This document shows positions 17,930 to 30,037 of a DNA stretch of 64,000 bases, one piece after another. Under the pieces are notes generated by a model that had not been told where the DNA came from, made no database searches, and saw only the letters and a program-made list of their open reading frames with translations. Location of the stretch: the NCBI GenBank assembly GCA_037445065.1, contig JBBILD010000005.1, positions 32,001 to 96,000 of the forward strand. Reading direction: 5' to 3'. The DNA is from Myxococcales bacterium (GTDB lineage Bacteria > Desulfobacterota > Binatia > HRBIN30). The position numbers were made by a program, and so were the translations under genes. Numbering within the stretch: position 1 is the first letter of the stretch; each line of letters starts with the position of its first letter.

Positions 17930-18101
17930 CCGGCAGCCATCCCGCGCCCGGTTTGGAGGGAGAGAACCAAGGGATCGGAACCGGCTGCTCGACGGCCGGT
18001 TGTGATCTGCGTTCCCGAGCGGAGGTGCGCTTCCGTAGCCGCGAGAGACAGGGGGGTTCGTTGCCCGCGCAGGGACTTCCCGTCTGCACGGCAAGCTCTG
18101 C

Positions 18102-18545
18102 TCACGAGCCCTGAGAGAGTTTGCGAATCAGCTCACTGGCCAGCTTCCCATCGAACCGACCTGCATAACGCTCGCGCAGCTTTTGCATGATCGGCCCGAT
18201 CTGGAAACCGCCGACTTCCTTCGCCAGGTCCCGAATCACTGCTTCCAACTGGTCCACAGAGAGTTCTCGCGGGAGGTACGATTCGAGAATCGCCTTCTCC
18301 CGTTCATTTCGCTCCGCCAGATCCTGCCGATTCGCTTGCCGCGCAAACTGTGCCGCCTCGGCCCGTTGGTTCGCCTCCTTCCGAAGAAGCTGGATGATGT
18401 CCGCTTCGCTCAGCGAGTTCACCATCCGCTGCACCTTGAGGTTCTTGATCGCGGTCATGACGCCGCGCAGTACCAGAACCTTCTCGGTCTCGCGGGCCTT
18501 CATGGCCCGTTGTAGGTCTGCCTGGAGTTGTTCTTCAGTGGGCAT
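18102..18545 (-). CDS. GatB/YqeY domain-containing protein
   Basis: AMKARE, LESYLPRELS, IGPIM and GRFDGK. Confidence 0.9.
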   Translation of the reverse strand: MPTEEQLQADLQRAMKARETEKVLVLRGVMTAIKNLKVQRMVNSLSEADIIQLLRKEANQRAEAAQFARQANRQDLAERNEREKAILESYLPRELSVDQLEAVIRDLAKEVGGFQIGPIMQKLRERYAGRFDGKLASELIRKLSQGS

Positions 18546-18564
18546 GAACCCCCTCCCGTTGGAG

Positions 18565-21024
18565 CTAGCGGAATAGCCGGCCCGGCAGGCTGGCGATGTC
18601 GAGGGCTGTGATGAGCCCGTTGCCATCAGCGTCCGCCCCTGCTGAGATCCGCACGGAGCCGCGCGCCGCGACATCTTCCACGCGAAGTACCAGCCGTTCT
18701 GAGATTTTCCTCGCCAACGCTACGCAATCCGACGCAGTCACACGGCCGTCACCATTGCCATCCCCGCGGAACAGCCCAGCCGCACGGATGTTTGTCAGCA
18801 CAGACATGGTGGGCGCGGGCGAAGTGGTAGCCGCAGCAGCATCGTATCGTCCATCGCCATCGAAATCTGCTGTGACGAGGCTCACCGGGCGCCGATTGAC
18901 ACCGGTCACATCAGCGCTTTGAAATGCTCGCGGATTTCCGCCACTGCGAAGGAACAAGCGGATACTGTTGTTGGTCTCCCCGGCCACCAAGACATCCGGG
19001 GCACCATCTCCATCCATATCTCGCGCCGCCACGGCGGCCGGAACCTCCCCAGCACCTACACTGAGGGGCCGCGTGATGGAATTCGGGAAACGACCGGTTC
19101 CGTCACCAAAGAACACGTTCACACCTGCGGGCTGCACAGTGCTGACTGCGATGTCGTCGAGGCCGTCGCGATCAAAGTCTGCCACCGCAATACTGCGAGG
19201 CCCGCCCGAAACGCCCAAAGACGTGGGAGTGCCAAATGTGCCATCCCCGTTCCCCAAGGCAATCGAAACATTGCTGGACGCGTTATTTGCGGTGACCAAA
19301 TCAGCAATGCCGTCCTGATTAAAATCTCCGACGTCCACTCCCAGCGGTAAGTCACCCACTTGGAAAGAGGTACGTGGCACAAACACCCCGCCAGGACCTC
19401 CGGAAAGGACTTGCACCACGCCTTCCCCGGAAACTTGCTGCCCAACGAGTGCAAGGTCGGTGCGCCCATCACCGTCGAAATCCCAAGCCACAGCAGCGTT
19501 CACGCTTCCAGCGGAGTGCCCAATGGGCGCTTTGTTCTCGAAGGAACCGGACTGATTTTGACGGAAAACACTCACCACCGCCGGGGACCGATTGATCAGC
19601 GCAAAATCGGCTCGCAAATCACCGTCAAAGTCGCCCGCCACCACGGCAATCGCGTCTCCGGCCGAAAGCAACTCTCGCGCAGCACCGAACCCGCCTGTTC
19701 CAAAAGACGAAAACACCCTTGCCCGCCCCACCTGCGCCCCTGCTCCCACTTGAGCGACAAGCGCATCCGAAAGCCCATCTCCCTCGAGATCGGCGACCGC
19801 CACCTGAACCGGGGCACCCGATAACGGCACGTTTTCCACGCCCGACAGTCTGCCGCCACCGAGACTGCGCAACACCGCAGCGCTGGGACTTGTCCCTCCG
19901 CCGCGCGTCAACCCCACCGCGTCCACACGGCCGTCGCCATCCAGATCACCGGCCAGCACTCCCAACGGCTCGGCGTCGGCCACAAAGGCACGGGCGGCCA
20001 GAAATCCGCCCTGCCCGTCACCACGCAGCACGGCGACATCGAAACTGAAATTGTTGGCGACCAGAGCGTCGAGCCGTCCATCCGCATCCACATCACCAAG
20101 TGCCAGCCCCCGCGGGGTTGCCGCTACCGCCCCCACCGGGAATTCTTGGGCTGCGGCAAAGTTCCCCCCTCCCACGTTTCGGATCACACTGACGCTGTCA
20201 CTGTTCCCATTGGTTAAGAGGATATCCAGCCGACCGTTTCCGTCCAGGTCCGCCAGCGCCACGGCATTGGGGGCCTGCCCGACCCCCACCCGGCGCAGCA
20301 GGGTAAACCCTCCGGCACCGTCGCCTCGCAGGATGTACACCTCGTCCGTGCCTTCATTGGCCACCGCAAGATCCACGCGGCCGTCTCCGTCGAGGTCCCC
20401 GGCCGCCGCCGAAGCCGAGCCGAAACCGGCGTCAAAAAGCTCCGGGGTGGGGGTGAACGACCCATCGCCGTTGCCGTACAGTACACGCCCCACCCCCGCC
20501 TGTTGGAGAGTATCGCCAACGGCAATCAGGTCCAACAACCGGTCTCGATTCAAATCCACCGCTACCAGGCTACGTGCAGAGAATGCCAGATCCAGCGAGC
20601 TGCCGAAGGAGGCGAAAGTTCCGTCTCCGATTCCTCGCCACAGACTCAACAAATTGGAGCTGTCGGCGATCGCAAGGTCGATCAATCCATCGCGATTCCA
20701 ATCGCCGCCGACCACCGCGGAAGGGATCACGCCCACAAGGTCCGTCGAGGGCCCGCTTACAAGCCGCCCGCCCTCAGACCCAAACAAAACGGTGAGGGAC
20801 TGGGCCTGGGAAAGGACCACTGCATCCAGCCTCCCGTCTGGCTGTCCGTTCGGGGATCCGACATCCGCCAGCACTCCGAGCCCCGTTGCATCGCTGGTCG
20901 TGCCCGGTAGCACGCTCAGCGAAGCCGCTCGAAACGTAGGCTGTGCCACACCGACCGCTGCGACTCCCATCCATAGGCTTGCAACCGCTACTGCCAAACC
21001 CGAAGGCAACGCTCGTCGTCCCAT
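18565..21024 (-). CDS. Secreted FG-GAP/VCBS repeat protein (14 repeats) with C-terminal dockerin-like module
   Basis: Signal peptide, 14 D-x-[DN]-x-D-G-x-x-D-like repeats, and terminal GDGNGDGRVTASD and ADADGNGLITALD. Confidence 0.85.
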   Translation of the reverse strand: MGRRALPSGLAVAVASLWMGVAAVGVAQPTFRAASLSVLPGTTSDATGLGVLADVGSPNGQPDGRLDAVVLSQAQSLTVLFGSEGGRLVSGPSTDLVGVIPSAVVGGDWNRDGLIDLAIADSSNLLSLWRGIGDGTFASFGSSLDLAFSARSLVAVDLNRDRLLDLIAVGDTLQQAGVGRVLYGNGDGSFTPTPELFDAGFGSASAAAGDLDGDGRVDLAVANEGTDEVYILRGDGAGGFTLLRRVGVGQAPNAVALADLDGNGRLDILLTNGNSDSVSVIRNVGGGNFAAAQEFPVGAVAATPRGLALGDVDADGRLDALVANNFSFDVAVLRGDGQGGFLAARAFVADAEPLGVLAGDLDGDGRVDAVGLTRGGGTSPSAAVLRSLGGGRLSGVENVPLSGAPVQVAVADLEGDGLSDALVAQVGAGAQVGRARVFSSFGTGGFGAARELLSAGDAIAVVAGDFDGDLRADFALINRSPAVVSVFRQNQSGSFENKAPIGHSAGSVNAAVAWDFDGDGRTDLALVGQQVSGEGVVQVLSGGPGGVFVPRTSFQVGDLPLGVDVGDFNQDGIADLVTANNASSNVSIALGNGDGTFGTPTSLGVSGGPRSIAVADFDRDGLDDIAVSTVQPAGVNVFFGDGTGRFPNSITRPLSVGAGEVPAAVAARDMDGDGAPDVLVAGETNNSIRLFLRSGGNPRAFQSADVTGVNRRPVSLVTADFDGDGRYDAAAATTSPAPTMSVLTNIRAAGLFRGDGNGDGRVTASDCVALARKISERLVLRVEDVAARGSVRISAGADADGNGLITALDIASLPGRLFR

Positions 21025-21168
21025 TCCCCTCTCTCCTGCAACTGGGGCCAGCCGGCCCACCGTTCTGGTGCACGGTGTCGGTCAGCACCGGCGATCGACC
21101 CGGCACGAGCGCCCATGCTTCCACGAAAGCCGCGCCAAGTAACCCGCTTACATAAAGGCGCCCCGTCT

Positions 21169-22968
<1,800 letters not shown>

Positions 22969-23038
22969 TGCAGAGCGAGGCCCCCAGCAAAACTAAAAGA
23001 AGAGGCTCGCTTTTGCCAATGCGACGACTGGCCCGCCG

Positions 23039-23962
23039 TCAGCGCAGCTGGCTGCGGAAAAACTCGACGGTGCGTTCCAGTCCGCTGCGCAAGTCTACTT
23101 GTGGCCGCCAGCCCAAGACCCGCTCTGCAAGAGCACTGTCAATGGCGCTCCGGCGCTGCTCCCCTGGCTTCGCGGGGCCGTGCTTCTCCGGCAGTCGCAC
23201 ACCCGTTACCTCGCACAACATCCGGAACAGCGTGTTCACATCCGTTTCGCGTCCGGTACCGAGGTTCAGCGGGCCGCAGTAGTCCGATTCGAGTGCGAGC
23301 AGGTTCGCCCGCACCAAATCGCCCACGTAAACGTAGTCGCGTGTCTGGAATCCATCGCCATGAATCACCGGCTGCTCCCCGCGTAACAGTTTCTCGGTAA
23401 AAATGGCGACGACACCGGCCTCGCCATGCGGGTTTTGCCGCGGCCCGTAAACGTTCGCGTAACGCAAACCGACCCATGAGATTCCGTACTGCACGGAGTA
23501 AAAATGCAGGTACCGCTCGCTGGCTAATTTGGCCACCCCATAGGGGCTCACCGGCTCGGTTCGGTGCGATTCGGGACAGGGAAACACATCCTGTTCGCCG
23601 TAAATGGCTCCTCCCGTCGAGGCGAACAACACCCGACGCAGTCCGCTCTCTCGCCCCGCCTCCATCAAATTGAGCAGCCCGAGGATATTGACAGAGGCAT
23701 CGAAGGCCGGATCCGCTACACTCCGACGCACGTCCATCTGGGCAGCGTGGTGGCACAACACTTCCGGCCGTTCCTGCCGAACGATTTCGCGCACCTCGGG
23801 TGCACGCACGTCCAGCTGGTAAAAGCGTGCGCGCTGGGGAAGGTTCTCCCTGCGCCCAGAAGACAAATCGTCAATCACGGCCACTTCGTGCCCTTCGCGC
23901 ACGAATGCCTCAGCAACGTGGGAACCGATGAAGCCGGCTCCGCCGGTCACCAAGATTCTCAT
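23039..23962 (-). CDS. UDP-glucose 4-epimerase-like extended SDR
   Basis: [22 protein letters not shown] and [10 protein letters not shown]. Confidence 0.9.
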   Translation of the reverse strand: MRILVTGGAGFIGSHVAEAFVREGHEVAVIDDLSSGRRENLPQRARFYQLDVRAPEVREIVRQERPEVLCHHAAQMDVRRSVADPAFDASVNILGLLNLMEAGRESGLRRVLFASTGGAIYGEQDVFPCPESHRTEPVSPYGVAKLASERYLHFYSVQYGISWVGLRYANVYGPRQNPHGEAGVVAIFTEKLLRGEQPVIHGDGFQTRDYVYVGDLVRANLLALESDYCGPLNLGTGRETDVNTLFRMLCEVTGVRLPEKHGPAKPGEQRRSAIDSALAERVLGWRPQVDLRSGLERTVEFFRSQLR

Positions 23963-24918
23963 GGAGCCTCCAAGCCAAGAAGCCTGCGAAAGTATTCGAT
24001 CGTGTAGGTCAACCCCTCCTCCAGCCCGACTTGCGGCTCCCACCCCAACAACGTTCGCGCGCGCGTAATGTCGGGCTGGCGGATATGGGGATCGTCTTTG
24101 GTGCGCTCGTCTTTCGGAGTTACAAATTCGATCGGCGAGCGCCCGCCCGTCAGCCGTTGCACCACCTTGGCGAACTCGAGCACGGTCATCTCCCGCGGAT
24201 TGCCCAGATTCACCGGCTCGACCACATCGGACTCGAGCACGCGCACCATGCCTTCCACCAAGTCGCTTACGTAACAGAAGCTGCGCGTGCGCGAACCATC
24301 GTCATACACGGTCAAGGGCTCGCCGCGCAGTCCCTGGGCGATAAAGTTCGTGACAACGCGGCCATCATCCGCACGCATTCGCGGCCCGTACGTGTTGAAG
24401 ATGCGAACGATGCGCGTGTCGATGCCGTGGTAACGGTGGTAGGCCATCGTCATCGCCTCGGCAAATCTCTTCGATTCGTCGTAAACGCCGCGCGGGCCGA
24501 TCGGATTGACGTTGCCCCAATACGTCTCAGGCTGGGGGTGAACTTGCGGGTCCCCGTACACCTCTGAAGTCGAAGCGAGTAAGAATCGCGCCTTGTGCTT
24601 GCGAGCAAGCCCGAGAGCCTTGTGGGTCCCTAGCGCCCCGACCTTCAAAGTCTTGATCGGTTCGCGCAAATAATCCACCGGGCTTGGCAGCGAGGCTAGG
24701 TGGAGAATCGCATCGAGGTGCCCGTCAATGTAAATGTACTCGGTCACGTCGTGTTTCACAAAGCGAAAGCGATCGTGCCCGGCCAAATGGGCAATGTTAC
24801 GCGGGTGCGAGGTGAAAAAGTTGTCCATGGCGATCACCTCGTGCCCGTCCGCCAGCAGGCGATCGCACAAGTGTGAGCCAATGAAGCCGGCACCGCCCGT
24901 GATCAGAATTCTAGCCAT
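23959..24918 (-). CDS. uxs: UDP-glucuronate decarboxylase (UDP-xylose synthase)
   Basis: [39 protein letters not shown] and DGRVV. Confidence 0.92.
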   Translation of the reverse strand: MARILITGGAGFIGSHLCDRLLADGHEVIAMDNFFTSHPRNIAHLAGHDRFRFVKHDVTEYIYIDGHLDAILHLASLPSPVDYLREPIKTLKVGALGTHKALGLARKHKARFLLASTSEVYGDPQVHPQPETYWGNVNPIGPRGVYDESKRFAEAMTMAYHRYHGIDTRIVRIFNTYGPRMRADDGRVVTNFIAQGLRGEPLTVYDDGSRTRSFCYVSDLVEGMVRVLESDVVEPVNLGNPREMTVLEFAKVVQRLTGGRSPIEFVTPKDERTKDDPHIRQPDITRARTLLGWEPQVGLEEGLTYTIEYFRRLLGLEAP

Positions 24919-26231
24919 TAGGGTTTCACGGGCCGTCGCCCGATCGAATAGTACACAAAGCCGAGGGCGCGCATGTCTTCTGGGTCGTAAATGTTCCGAC
25001 CGTCAAAGATTACCGGGCGCTTCATGAGTTTCTTCATCCGTTCGAAATCCGGACGGCGAAATTCGTTCCACTCGGTCACTACAAGCAAAGCGTCCGCCCC
25101 GTTCAGTGCATCGTAGTTCACCCGGTGGTAGACGATGCGGTCGCCGAAGATCTTGCGTGCCTCGCCCAGCGCCTCCGGATCGTGCGCGTGTACCTCGGCA
25201 CCTTTGCCAAGCAGCGCCTCGATAATCGTAATCGAGGGAGCCTCCCGCATGTCATCGGTGCGTGGTTTGAACGCCAAGCCCCACACGGCGAAACGCATGC
25301 CTCGCAAGTAGTCTCCAAAGTGCTCCGTGACCTTTTCCACCAACGTGCGCTTTTGCCGCTCGTTGACTTCTTGCGCCGCTCGCAGCATGCGGAAGCTAAG
25401 CCCGTGTTCCTCCGCGGTGCGAATCACGGCCTGCACGTCCTTTGGGAAGCAAGACCCCCCATAGCCCACGCCGGGAAAGAGGAAGTGCTGTCCGATGCGC
25501 CGGTCAAACCCAACGCCACGACGCACGTCGTCAATGTTCGCTCCCACTTTTTCGCACAAGTTGGCAAACTCGTTCATCAGGGAAATACGAGCCGCGAGCA
25601 TTGAGTTGGCGCAATACTTGGTCATTTCCGCGCTTGCCGGGCTCATCACCAAAATCGGTTGCTCCGTACGCACGAACGGCTCGTAGAGTTCCTTCATCAA
25701 CTCAATCGCGCGCGCGCTATCCGCCCCGATCACCACTCGATCTGGCTTCATGAAATCTTCGATCGCAGCCCCTTCTTTCAGAAACTCCGGATTCGACACC
25801 ACGTCGAACGGGTGCACCGTCCGGGAGGCAACAATCTGGCGAATGCGTTCCGCCGTGCCCACGGGAACGGTACTCTTGGCCACGATCACGCGGTATCCAT
25901 CCATCGCCTCGCCGATTTCTGCGGCTACGCGCACCACCGCGCTCAAATCAGCGCTACCGTCGTCGCTTTGCGGGGTTCCGACCGCAATGAAGCACACCAG
26001 AGACTTGCGCACAGCGTCAGCCAAATCGGTGGAGAAGGACAGGCGTCCTTCCTCGAGATTGCGGCGAATCAACTCCGCCAGCCCCGGCTCATAAATCGGT
26101 ACGTGGCCCTGCCGGAGCCGTGCGATTTTCTCCGCGTCAATGTCCACGCAAATCACGTCATTGCCACTTTCGGCAAAGCACGTCCCGGCCACTAAACCTA
26201 CGTAACCCGTACCAACGACGCAGAGTTTCAC
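24918..26231 (-). CDS. ugd: UDP-glucose 6-dehydrogenase
   Basis: [35 protein letters not shown] and [11 protein letters not shown]. Confidence 0.95.
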   Translation of the reverse strand: MKLCVVGTGYVGLVAGTCFAESGNDVICVDIDAEKIARLRQGHVPIYEPGLAELIRRNLEEGRLSFSTDLADAVRKSLVCFIAVGTPQSDDGSADLSAVVRVAAEIGEAMDGYRVIVAKSTVPVGTAERIRQIVASRTVHPFDVVSNPEFLKEGAAIEDFMKPDRVVIGADSARAIELMKELYEPFVRTEQPILVMSPASAEMTKYCANSMLAARISLMNEFANLCEKVGANIDDVRRGVGFDRRIGQHFLFPGVGYGGSCFPKDVQAVIRTAEEHGLSFRMLRAAQEVNERQKRTLVEKVTEHFGDYLRGMRFAVWGLAFKPRTDDMREAPSITIIEALLGKGAEVHAHDPEALGEARKIFGDRIVYHRVNYDALNGADALLVVTEWNEFRRPDFERMKKLMKRPVIFDGRNIYDPEDMRALGFVYYSIGRRPVKP

Positions 26232-26320
26232 GATCCCTCCTCAGCTCGAAGCGTAGAGTCTGGACTCGACAGCCGGGTAGCAAACAAAGCTACGAAGCAA
26301 GCAAACAAGGCGAGGCCGGT

Positions 26321-27283
26321 CTAGCCAGGGTGACTCGGCAAGTCAACGCGCCGTGCTAGCCGATAAATGGGCTTGCGCTGGGATTCGTGGTAGGTCCGCA
26401 CGAGCAGCTCCCCAAGCAATCCCATGGTGACGAACTGTAAGCCCATCAGCGTGAGTAAGATGCCGAGCCAAAGCAACGGGCGGTTAGCTAGCGGGTGGCC
26501 GAGCAGCAAACGCTGGAGCCCGAGATACGCGGTCAGTGCGAGGCCCGCAGCCCCGCAAACCACTCCAATCGAGCCAAAGATTTGAATGGGGCGTGTCGAA
26601 TAGCTCGACAGGAACTTTACCGTGATGAGGTCGAGCAAGACCTTCCACGTCCGCGACAGGCCATACTTCGACCTGCCGTAGCGGCGGGCTCGGTGGTGAA
26701 CCGGAATCTCTTGAATCCGTGCACCCAAGTCCTCAGCCAAGGCAGGAATAAAGCGATGAAGTTCGCCATAGAGGCGCAGGCCCTTGGCCACCGGCTGGCG
26801 TAAGACGCGCAGCGTGCACCCGTAATCGTGTAAGCGTACGCCGGTAATCCAGCCGATGAGCCGATTCGCCACCCACGAGGGCAGGCGGCGACTCCAGAAC
26901 GGATCCTGACGAGGGGTCCTCCACCCGTTGACCAGGTCGTACCCCTTTTCCAACTCGGCGAGCAGCCTGGGGATATCCCCCGGGTCGTTCTGCCCGTCGC
27001 CGTCCAGCGTGACAACGAACTCACCCCGCGCGTGATCGAAGCCCGCCGCTAGCGCCGCCGTCTGCCCGTAATTGCGGGCTAGATGCAAGACCGCAACGTG
27101 TGGATCCTGCTGCGCAAGCTCGTCGAGCAACGCCGCGCTGCCGTCGCGACTGCCGTCGTTCACATAAAGGATCTCGTACGGAAGCCCCAACGGCTGCACG
27201 GCCCGAACGATCTCCGCGTGCAGGGGGCGAAGGCTCTCCACTTCATTGTATACCGGGACGACGATGGAAAGCCGTACGCTCAT
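26321..27283 (-). CDS. GT2 glycosyltransferase (ArnC/DPM1-like, polyprenyl-phosphate acceptor)
   Basis: VVPVYNE, NDGSRD, RNYGQTAAL, DGDGQNDP and two C-terminal TM helices. Confidence 0.9.
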   Translation of the reverse strand: MSVRLSIVVPVYNEVESLRPLHAEIVRAVQPLGLPYEILYVNDGSRDGSAALLDELAQQDPHVAVLHLARNYGQTAALAAGFDHARGEFVVTLDGDGQNDPGDIPRLLAELEKGYDLVNGWRTPRQDPFWSRRLPSWVANRLIGWITGVRLHDYGCTLRVLRQPVAKGLRLYGELHRFIPALAEDLGARIQEIPVHHRARRYGRSKYGLSRTWKVLLDLITVKFLSSYSTRPIQIFGSIGVVCGAAGLALTAYLGLQRLLLGHPLANRPLLWLGILLTLMGLQFVTMGLLGELLVRTYHESQRKPIYRLARRVDLPSHPG

Positions 27284-28188
27284 GCTCCATTGAGGTCGGT
27301 CAAGCTCAGAAACTGCCGATAGCGCCGCTTGATTTGATCACGATCCAGCGTACGCAGACGACGCAGACCAAAGTCCTCGACCACAAACGAAGCCACGACG
27401 CTCCCGTACACGATCGCCCTGCGTAGGCTCGCCTCGGAACGATCGCGTAACTCGGCCAGCGCTCCCATGAAGGCGCCAGCAAACGCGTCTCCCGCACCGG
27501 TGGGATCGAACACCTCCTCCAGCGGGAAGGCGGGAACCGCAAACACGGAGTCGGCCGAAAATTGAATCACGCCGTACTCGCCGCGTTTGATGAGGACCCT
27601 CCCGGGTCCGAGTCGCAGCAGCCTGCGCGCAGCGCGCACCACGTTCGTCTCGCCGCTCAATAACCGCGCCTCTTCGTCGTTGATCACCAGTACGTCTACC
27701 TGGCCAAGCAGGCGCTCCAACGCTGAGCGCGAGCCAGTGATCCAGTGGTTCATCGTGTCGCACCCAACCCATCCGGGTGCGGTGAGTTGGCCCAGCACCT
27801 CGCTTTGCAGCTCCGGGTCAATATTCGCGAGAAACACGTACTGGGCGTCGCGATACTCCTCGGGGAGGCGAGGCCGGAAATCGGCAAACGCACCCAGGTC
27901 AAGCTCGAGCGTGTCCCGTTTGTTCATGTCCTCATGGTAGCGCCCGCGCCAGAAGCCGGTCCGCCCCGGGCGCACCTCAAGGCCCCGCAAATCAATCCCC
28001 CGCCTACGCAGGAACTCGCGTTCCTCCGGCGGGAAATCTTCCCCGACCGCAGCGACCATCTGCACCGGCGAAAAGAAACTGGCAGCGACCGAAAAATAGG
28101 TGGCGGAACCGCCCAGAGTCCGTTCAACTTTGCCATGGGGTGTCTCGAGGCTGTCCATAAAGACCGAACCAACAACGAGAATACTCAC
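27280..28188 (-). CDS. PfkB family carbohydrate/nucleoside kinase
   Basis: GGSATY, INDEEA and DPTGAGDAFAG. The GTG start overlaps the mtnP stop. Confidence 0.9.
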   Translation of the reverse strand: MSILVVGSVFMDSLETPHGKVERTLGGSATYFSVAASFFSPVQMVAAVGEDFPPEEREFLRRRGIDLRGLEVRPGRTGFWRGRYHEDMNKRDTLELDLGAFADFRPRLPEEYRDAQYVFLANIDPELQSEVLGQLTAPGWVGCDTMNHWITGSRSALERLLGQVDVLVINDEEARLLSGETNVVRAARRLLRLGPGRVLIKRGEYGVIQFSADSVFAVPAFPLEEVFDPTGAGDAFAGAFMGALAELRDRSEASLRRAIVYGSVVASFVVEDFGLRRLRTLDRDQIKRRYRQFLSLTDLNGA

Positions 28189-29063
28189 GTTCCACTCCTC
28201 CCTTGCTTGTTCCAGTACTTGCCGAGCAACGGCTGCAGGTCGTGGCGGACGGCCTCCGGAATCCGCCTCGCATCGGTAATCACCGCGTGCTCGAGGGCAG
28301 ACGCGCACGGGCAGGAGCGCTCGAACGGCAAGCGGGAGGCGGCACTGCCAACAATACGCCGTGCCATCGCTACGTTCTGTTCCAGAATTTTGAGCACGTC
28401 CAAGATGGCTACGTCCGCTTCTGCCTCGTGCCAGCAATCATAGTCGGTGGCCAAGGCTAAGGTCGCAAAGCAGATCTCAGCCTCGCGGGCCAACTTTGCT
28501 TCTTGCACGTTCGTCATCCCGATGACATCCGCTCCCCAAGAGCGGTACAGGTGCGACTCCGCGCGCGTCGAAAACTGGGGACCCTCCATGCATAAGTACG
28601 TACCGCCATCATGAACCGTCGCACCCTCCGCACGCGCTACTTCGACCAAGAGAGAGGAAAGCTTAGGACAGACCGGCTCGGCAAAGCTCACATGGGCAAC
28701 AACGCCATTGCCGAAGAACGTACTCGGGCGGCGGTAGGTTCGGTCAATGAACTGTCGGGGAACGACCAGGTGCCCCGGCGCAATGTGCTCACGCAGGCTT
28801 CCTACCGCGCCGACTGAGATCAGCCACTCTACGCCGAGCTTCTTCATGCCGTAAATGTTGGCGCGGAAGTTGATCTCCGAGGGGAGCAAGCGATGCCCTC
28901 GCCCATGGCGCGGCAAAAACACCAGATCGAGTTCGCCCAAGCGGCCTACCACATAGTCATCCGAGGGGTGGCCGAAGGGGGTAGCCATTTGTACCGAGCG
29001 TACGTCTTGCAGGCCCGGCAACTCGTAAAGCCCGCTGCCACCAATGACTCCGAGCGCGCGCAT
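28185..29063 (-). CDS. mtnP: S-methyl-5'-thioadenosine phosphorylase
   Basis: GVIGGSG, PRHGRGH, EGPQFSTRAES, GMTNVQEAKLARE and TDYDCW. Confidence 0.93.
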   Translation of the reverse strand: MRALGVIGGSGLYELPGLQDVRSVQMATPFGHPSDDYVVGRLGELDLVFLPRHGRGHRLLPSEINFRANIYGMKKLGVEWLISVGAVGSLREHIAPGHLVVPRQFIDRTYRRPSTFFGNGVVAHVSFAEPVCPKLSSLLVEVARAEGATVHDGGTYLCMEGPQFSTRAESHLYRSWGADVIGMTNVQEAKLAREAEICFATLALATDYDCWHEAEADVAILDVLKILEQNVAMARRIVGSAASRLPFERSCPCASALEHAVITDARRIPEAVRHDLQPLLGKYWNKQGRSGT

Positions 29064-29073
29064 GTTCTTCTCC

Positions 29074-30006
29074 TCAATCGCCTTGCACGATAGTCAGGCG
29101 GGGACCGATCTCGCACCGGAGCTGTCGCACCTCCGGAAGCAAATCGCCATCGATGGTGTAGGAAGTCTCTTGTTTGAATTCGACCAAAACCACTTGCGCT
29201 AGGTTGTCGTACAAGGTGGGAATGCGCAATGGACACCCGCTGCGCAGGTGGGGAAGCCGCGCAATCACATCCCGCGCCCTTACCCGCCCGGCCAGGCAGT
29301 GGAAAAAACCGCGCTTGCGGGTTGCCAAGTACGTTGCCGAGAAACCCAGCCCAATGTCTTCGATCGTACTGGCATACAAAACATTGTAATCCGACAATGG
29401 AACCCGCTCACCGTCGCAATCCACCGTTGCCCGGAAACCCTGCAGCAGCGAGTGGGCGAGCCGGCCGCCGACCAGGCCGGACGCAACCGCGCGCCCCAAA
29501 CACACGGCAGCGGCAACCGGCCCTCTACGCGCACCGCTGTAATACACCTGCAGAAAGTTCACGATCACTCCAGCACCGACCATGAAACCGTAAAAGTCCC
29601 CATTCACCCGGATCAGATGCCGCTCGGTCGTGCGCAGTGCTTCTCCAGCCCGGTAGCGGGAGACCACGCTGCGCAGCACTTGCTCGGGGCTGCCCGGACG
29701 AACGTTCACGGAGCGTGCAATCGTGTTCATGGAGCCCGCGCGCAGCGGCAAAAATGCCGGCAGAGTCTGCGCGCCAAAGGCTCGCACGAGCGCTGACAGG
29801 GCCCGGAAAAAACTCCCGTCTCCGCCGCATACGGCAACAAGATCCGCACCACACGTGCTGAGTAGTTGTGCAAATCGGTCCAACGCTTCCAAGGACTCTG
29901 GTTGTTCGACTAGGCCATCCCCACCCACGATCTTTCTCAGCGCTGGCAGACGCTCATCGCGGCCGCGATTTCGGCCTGCGTGCGGGTTCACGATGACTCC
30001 GATCAC
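29074..30006 (-). CDS. Diacylglycerol/sphingosine kinase family protein
   Basis: IVNPHAG, GGDGS, PLRAGSMNTIAR and IDGD. The start is approximate. Confidence 0.85.
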   Translation of the reverse strand: MIGVIVNPHAGRNRGRDERLPALRKIVGGDGLVEQPESLEALDRFAQLLSTCGADLVAVCGGDGSFFRALSALVRAFGAQTLPAFLPLRAGSMNTIARSVNVRPGSPEQVLRSVVSRYRAGEALRTTERHLIRVNGDFYGFMVGAGVIVNFLQVYYSGARRGPVAAAVCLGRAVASGLVGGRLAHSLLQGFRATVDCDGERVPLSDYNVLYASTIEDIGLGFSATYLATRKRGFFHCLAGRVRARDVIARLPHLRSGCPLRIPTLYDNLAQVVLVEFKQETSYTIDGDLLPEVRQLRCEIGPRLTIVQGD

Positions 30007-30037
30007 GAGTGGCCGTCCGTTCAAAAGGCGCGGGGTT

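Noticed and set aside
21123..21140. Sigma54-like TGGCGCG-N4-TCGT upstream of the FG-GAP gene (minus strand)
   Set aside because: The -12 element lacks the required GC.
26279..26308. Short direct repeat AGCAAACAA upstream of ugd
   Set aside because: Only two 9-nt copies; most likely part of an AT-rich promoter, and too weak to call a repeat or binding site.
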